In this document: piece by piece, positions 57,211 to 64,000 of the stretch
Position numbering within the stretch: the first letter of the stretch is position 1
Layout: each line of letters starts with the position of its first letter
NCBI GenBank assembly: GCA_965645245.1
Contig: OZ287081.1
Span: 310,001-374,000, forward strand
Direction: 5' to 3'
Source of the DNA: Massalongia carnosa
Taxonomy: Eukaryota
Length of the DNA stretch: 64,000 nucleotides
Translations under genes and position numbers: made by a program
Notes under the pieces: generated by a model
What the model saw: the letters and a program-made list of their open reading frames with translations, nothing else
Told to the model about the DNA's origin: nothing
Databases searched by the model: none

Positions 57211-60200
57211 TTTGAATGGTTTTTCTTTCCAATTTTGAAGAAGAAGTGCAGAAGACTGAAAGGCTTGTCTGGGTTGATGGTTTTCTTTCTCAGTCGATTG
57301 CCCTGCTTTTATATATGCCCGGTGGCGGGATTCATATTTTAGCTTAACATACACGAGAGAACCAAACGTTCTGATTGAGTAGATGAGCCTTTGTGGAAGA
57401 TCAAATGCAACCTGATGATAAATATGATACTGTGCCCCATAAAAACGAGGATGAATTATTAAAAAAATACTATGAGCTTGCTAAGCCAGGCTTGGAGACA
57501 CATTCATGAAATGCTCTGGGTTAAGATAGACGTATATGACTTATGTGAGATCAGCGATCTACGCTAAATATACCTGAATATACCTGATGTTGGGGTCAGA
57601 TCAGATTTCGGCTTTCATTCCCAAGGTCCGCAAACTCGACCCCGAAGGAGGAAGTTCCTGGGGCAACACTTGTATGAGTTAAGAGAGGAACTGATCGTAT
57701 TCGTGGGCGATGAAGCGAATGGGAAAAGCTGATGTTCATCGTAGCAGCGTATCAGTGAAATTTTTTCTGTCTGTAGAGCAGCATCTGAGGGGGAATATTA
57801 ACGGTTCCACCAATTCCTAAAGTGACGGTCCAAAAAAGGCTGCGATTCCCCGGAGAAGCTGATTCAGTCCGCAAAGTCTAGGTCTCACCATCTCTTGTGC
57901 AATATATGTTTAACCCACCTGGTTCTGAATCATCAAGCCTCCCAGTGGCCTTTGGAATCTAGATGGTCTCAGATAGCGCCAGTCCACCTTAGCCTTACAG
58001 CCGTCAGCATGCGGTAGCCACAACCCTAGAACTTCCGGTCAATCCCAAAAAGCGATCAAAGTGTTTAATGGCTTTCAAGCCAGTATTTTCTCTACTTGCT
58101 CCAATGAAGGAAATAAAAGCGGCGAACATGATATTCAGGATGTGGAAGCCCTGCGTTACCACCGCTTTCAACTCGAAAGCGAGGATTGATGGTGGTTTCC
58201 AAAGATTTCAACCTGAAGTCAGCTGACAGCTTCCTAACAGATCATTCACACTTTTCCCAACTCATCCCAAGCAGCACAAGCAATCCTGAGGATATCCGGG
58301 TCAGCTGTTATCCAGGAACATATCCCGCAGACGCCCTGGTCGCTCGGGCCTAGCCCGGAAACACAAACTGACCCATGGAGTTTCCAAATGTCTGGTCAGT
58401 GAGTCATGGCAGTTGGGCTTCGCAGAGAGGATAGCGTTATTGTGAGGTAGATCTCATGTATGCCGCCGTTGATGACAAACATGTCCCTGCAGCCCAGCAT
58501 GGACTTGGTTCGCCAATAGCGAGATATTTGTGGAAAATTTCGGCCTATGATGACTGAAAAGAACAATTGAGTGATATGTAATTGAGTTGAATACTCTTGG
58601 AGGTTGCAACCAAGGCTTTTTTTTGTCACGTGCTAAGAACGTTTTTTTCGAGGATCAACTTTTCTTACTGTGCTCTCAGCAACAGCAACAACAACAGCAT
58701 CTCACATGCTCTTGTTGAGATGGCATCATTGGCGCGCTGGAAAGTAGGTATAAGCAACATTTTTGCTAACTAGCGTCATCTTACTAAGCTACCATTTAAC
58801 GATTGTCAGCTGTCGCGTCACGCTGATGTGCACCACCTTTGATTTACGAAAGCTGCTGGTTCAGTAATTTCTAAGCCTCTTTTCGGGCATTGGATTTTGA
58901 CTGTTTCTGAACGGAATGATGAACGATAGTATCTGATGGCCCCCATTAATATTTGGGTGCTTCGAAGAAACTAGCTAAGATTTCCAACGGAATATTTCCC
59001 TTTCCTGATGGTTTACTATAGCTTATGAATGTATAAATTCTTTGCTTTGATTTCTCACCTCTACACTTTCTCCTCCTCTCTTTCCTTGTAATAGGGCTGA
59101 GAAGGCCTTGGATGGTTAACACTATACTTAATAAAATGGGTCAATGGAGCTGCGCTATCACATCTTGTTTCTTCATTTCCTCCCTAAACTCTCTTAAATG
59201 TTGGTCTACCCGGCCTGCCTTTTGACATGTTCCATTCTAGTCATACTGGTTCTTCCCCAAAATTTAACTTAATATCGTTTTATCTCCTTGAATATGCCAA
59301 AAGGTTTCCATGACTATATACCTTGCTTCTGATACACTAGTCCCCAAACCCACAAGCCCTGGGAAAAGGAAGAAGACCTTCACGAATTCAGCAACCAGAC
59401 TAGTCGGGGATCAGGAATACTTTTAAGTAAGTTTTCGCCAGCAAAAACAAACATGAACTCTCAGCGACCTAGGGATATCTATAATAGAGACGAAAATGTT
59501 TCGCAGTAAAGGCTGTGGTGACAAGCCTCCTCTTAGGTTATCATTAACAATAATGACTAACTAGTGGGATCGTTCGGTTGTAAAGGGAATGCAAACCAAC
59601 TCCATAGCAAGATAATCAGCGAATATGAGCTCCATCTGCTTTATTTCTTAATAGACGTTCTTTTTGGGACTTTTATTGCATTCAATGTAGTACGGATAGG
59701 GATTCAAAAGGCTCTAGATGGATGGATGAGAAGCAGGTATGGAAAGCGACCAGTGATTAGTTATCTCCTATCACAGTTCGTTTTACAAGAACAAGCGGAG
59801 GATTTTCAATTCGTTTGATTTGTTTTGGTTTCTGAAACTGTAAACCGAACCCATCATCACGATGATTCTATCAGTAAAAGAACCCGCTGCGTTATCAATA
59901 ACAGAAACTAGCGCATAGGATATGAATGTTGTCAAGCTTGCATATTGCCTCACGAGAAGGAGTCTTGTCCTTGCTAACATGTCATTTCAAAACTTCGCCG
60001 CATGCGATGTATCAAAAAATGATACAGTGTTCTCCAACACTTCCACCGAGCCTTGCGGGTATCCTCAACAGACCATTGACCAAGACATCTACAGCAATCC
60101 GACGAGTCGAAGACGATCATGCTAGATCAAAAAAGTCAATTACAAATTACCGCTAACACCATAAAGCCAACGATAGCTACAAAATAGCGATCATGAAGCT

Positions 60201-61906
60201 CAAGAATCAATGATTGCCATCTGAATCAAATGAAAGCAACCCCCCTTGAGGTTTCTACGAAGGAAGAAATAAAAAGAACGAGCATTTTGTGCCGGCCTGG
60301 CTACGAGATGGGAGGAGATGACTTTGAGGAAAGGAGAGATGTTGATAGAGAGCGGGTTCAAGATATCAGGAAGTTGTTACTTAATATGTATCAGCAAATA
60401 ATTACAGGATAAAGAGACGGAATCCTTGCTTACAGCTTTCGCATACGAGCTGTAACTACTTACTTTTTCTTTCCCCAAGTCCGTTCTTATTTTCTCTCTT
60501 GCTCACACACCCAGAGAGATAGTTAATAAACCTATGCAAATACCCAACTCCTATTATACCCCATTATGTTATTTTAATCTATCTCTTCCTACCTTCTTTC
60601 CCCCCTTTTCATCCACTCCTTCGCACCCCGCAACTCCACAAATCACCCATCCCCTTCCCCCTCCTCCAATACTCCCTCTCGCCCCCAAGTCGCAGTCCCA
60701 GATTTCTCCGAAACATAGTTATACAACCCTGCAAAACTCGACTACTCCGTATACTTACCGATAATCCGACGAATGGGTCCGTGCGTGGCAAACATCCTGT
60801 CTTGAAATTTCGAAAAATGTCATGTTGCCGCCTCTCTTCCTTTCATTTTCATCAACGATCCTTGCAAAACACAATACAACAGCCCCCCCCCAATCTCTCA
60901 ATCTACCCCTTATGCTCAAGGTATCATCCACTTCCCGATCTATACCACCTGTCACTATTATATTATCGATTCCCCACCCACCATCATTCTCTCCCATTAC
61001 GGCCCCAACCCAACCCCAGAAAAGGATCGTACAATACTCCCCCAGGACGGGAAAACCTTTGCCGTTGCAACCTCATCCCGTTTCGTTTCTCAAATCGTAT
61101 TATTCTTTTTTTTCTTCTTTTTTTTCCCCTTTCATCTTCAATCTTCGTTCTTACTGATCTTTCTTTCCTTCTTATCCTCATCTCTATTCGCATTCGCATT
61201 CACATTCGCATGCCCATCTCAGCCATCATTCTTCAACCCACCCGATCAAACGTTCTCATTCCCATTTCCCACTCTCAGTTCTTCTCTCTCCTTTCCTCTC
61301 CTTCTTTTCTCTCACCTCCCCCCTCTCTCCATCCCTCCCCCACAATTATTTCCCTAAAGCTACGTCTTCCGCGCGATATCTGTCATTTATAGGCATGTAT
61401 ATAGAATGTGGGTATATAAATACATGCCTGGATTGCATGGCTTGCTTACTAAAGCAGGGGAAGGAAGGAAGAGGGAACTTGTTGCTTGGTTGGTTGGTGG
61501 GTGGGTTGATTCGCAAAAAACGGACTTATGGTGGTGTCCGAAGAGGGTGATTTTATTATTTAAAAAAAACAAAAAAAGCCAGGATAGCGTGTTAGATTCA
61601 GTAGGTGGAAGGGCGGTTATATCCGGTATACATGTATCTGCTCTCTATCGCTCTTCTATAGATTTGCTCGTCTGCTAATGATTATTTCCCTCTCCCCACC
61701 CCTAACAAAAAAAAAGAACTCCTCCCTGCCAGCGAAATCCCCGAAGCCCCCTGATGGTTCTCCAATATCGACTCCACATACGCGAACCCGATTCAACGCT
61801 TTGCTCAACTAGTTGTGTGGTTCCATGCCGTGTAAAACATCAAATCCCCCCCTGGCCGGGTTTCCTGCCTCCCCCCCCCAAGTATTCAGAAGGCGGCCAA
61901 CAATCG

Positions 61907-64000
61907 CTAAAAGTCAAATTCTCCCCGAAACGCTTCCACGTCCATTCCGACCTCCACCTGGTCGGCCAGGTCTCGCCGGCCCATGCTTCCAAACACCCTC
62001 CGCAACGTCTCCAACAAGTTGGGGCTTTGGTTCATACCCGCGCCCACCATGCGCCGCGCGCGCGCTTCATCTTCTTCCGCATGCTCTCCAGCGGCCGACA
62101 TGGAGCGCAGCCACTCGTTCGCGTCCACAACAGCGGCGTCGTTAGACCCGCTACCGCTACCGATAACCTCTTTTACCCGCTCGATCCCCTCTCTTTCCAC
62201 CACGCGATGCATGCTCAATGCTCCCAGCAAGTGTTGCGCCGCTTCTTCAAAGCACCCAATGTTGATGCAGCTCACCCCCAGGTTATACCGCGCCCGGACG
62301 AAATTCGGATTCAGCGTCAAGGCACGCTCATACGCAGCAATAGCCTCTTCGCTGCGCCCGCTATTGGCTAACGTCGCGCCAAGACGGTTCCATAGCAAAT
62401 GCGCCTGCGTCGGATGATTTGAGGCGCCAGCTTCGGTGCTCGCGAGCGCGGCTTCAAAGCAATCAACCGCCTTGGCGTGCTCATCCACGCCATAGAAGAG
62501 CACGCCTAGCCCGACTTGAACGTCTGGATCCATTGCCTCGCCTTGGGGTGAAAGCTGCGCGGCGCGGATGAACAACGAGGTTATTTTCTCATGCAGGTCG
62601 CGGCGGTCAGTGAACCCAAGGTCAGCACCAGGCGTAACGGCGTCCGGGGAGATAATCTGGGGGTACTTTATTGAGAGCCAGCGCTCAAGGGTCCGATAGG
62701 CGGTGGTGGCGTAGCCTTCATTGGTATAGGAGATTGCGAGGCCCATGAGGGCGGATAGGTTGTGAGGGTCCAATTTTAGGGTTTGTTCCAAAGCACGGAT
62801 GGCCGGCGTTTCTTTCTCGTTTTGAGCTTGGGCGCTGCCAAGATGGGCCCACGCTTCAACGTGTTGGGGATCTTGCTGGACGGCAGCTTCAAAAGCGAGA
62901 GCGGCAAGAGAGAGATTTCCACCTTCGTTCATGATTTTGACACCCTCATTGAAGGGATCCTTGGTAGCGCTGAAAATGTTTCCTTCCTCGAACAGGTAAT
63001 TCTCCAGTTGGGGGTCCCGATAGCCTTCACCGAATTGACTGTCAAAACTGTCCCACGCAAAATCGTTCAGGGGAAGGTCCTCGAGGTCAAGCCGTTCGTC
63101 GTGCTCGTCCAGCAATTGCCTAGCAGCTGCCGTCTCAGCCTGAATACCGCGCCAAACGCTTTCAAAGTCGCCGAATTCATTGGTTTCCGAGAGAACTGAC
63201 CTATCCATTTCATTCAACTCCGCTTCAATGGCTGTGTTGGCTTCAGCATCTTCCTCGCGCTGTCCAGCTTGATCAATTTCGGCAAACTGTTGTTCCCAAT
63301 TTTTGTCCTCCAGCTCAACCATGCGCGCTTTGCCCTTCGCCAAGGCAAGGAAGTCTGGCCGTCGATGATGCGCTTGCGCCCTTTCAGAGAATGTTCGGTA
63401 TGGAGGAGCCATCATGCCCATGTTCATCGCGTACGGCATCCGCATTGGTCTTCGAAAGCCGTTCCCCGACAAAGGCGCTTGCAACGCAGCATTCGTTTTG
63501 CCCTCCAGGTGGCTCATTTTGCTCATCTTGAATTGCTCAAATTCGATGGGAGAAAAGGTAGTTGTGCCCAAAGCGGCTGTCTCTGCAATCTCGAACGTGT
63601 CTTCTATCGGCACCTGCCTCGCTTGAGGGGACATAGGCATCCAGGTTGGGGATTGCATATGTCGATGCGCAGGTTGATAACTCTCGAGTTCTCGCCGTAG
63701 AGGATCCATGGAAAATGGCTGAAGTGGTTCTTGGGGTATTTCTCCATTCTGACGTAAGAATTCACGCATCATCTGTAGAAATATGTTCAGTAGGTCCCCC
63801 CTCGTATAGATGATCAGCCATTAATAATGACCGCAAAGGATGCACGAAAGAAACAGCGTACTTCGTCTTGGTTTGAGCCATCTCGTTGAGCTCGAAATCC
63901 CTCTTGCAACCTCTCCGGACCTTTCCCTACCAGCCGGTCTCGTTGCAGAGACTTGTCATCCTGTACGTGCTTGGTGAATTGATTGAGAGGATTGCCGCCT
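61907..64000 (-). CDS. PEX5: Peroxisomal targeting signal 1 receptor (5' end just outside window; intron 63773-63861)
   Basis: NPLNQFTKHVQDDKSLQRDRL, WxxxF motifs, and TPR repeats (LWNRLGATLANS, FVRARYNLGVSCINIG). Confidence 0.97.

Noticed and set aside
60534..61392. ORFs of 76-203 aa
   Set aside because: Low-complexity pyrimidine-rich sequence with no motifs; likely spurious.

Overview
Eukaryotic DNA from a filamentous ascomycete, judged from GT..CTAAC..AG introns and a PEX5 gene at the right edge. Positions ~1-38.7 kb form a transposon-dense accessory island. It contains an adenylate-forming enzyme gene and a duplicated gene with an ADP-ribosyltransferase/DUF3990-like C-terminus. It also holds an intact Ty3/gypsy element with non-canonical 5'-AG...CT-3' LTR ends, inserted into the probable LTR of a decayed Ty1/copia, plus several solo LTRs, two Mutator-like elements and a Tc1 element. 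Other island genes encode a trypsin-fold protein with a Cys at the nucleophile position, a multi-pass membrane protein, a caspase-like pseudogene, a GT8 glycosyltransferase and an HNH nuclease. After a repeat-rich junction at ~38.4-38.8 kb the DNA is richer in homopolymers and microsatellites. It carries an intron-containing gene resembling bacterial PTS EIIA(Glc), a C2H2/J-domain gene, two small secreted proteins, a SAM methyltransferase, a PTH11-like receptor, a MITE, a HEPN-like pseudogene and PEX5. All family assignments come from motif recognition by eye; no database searches were run.
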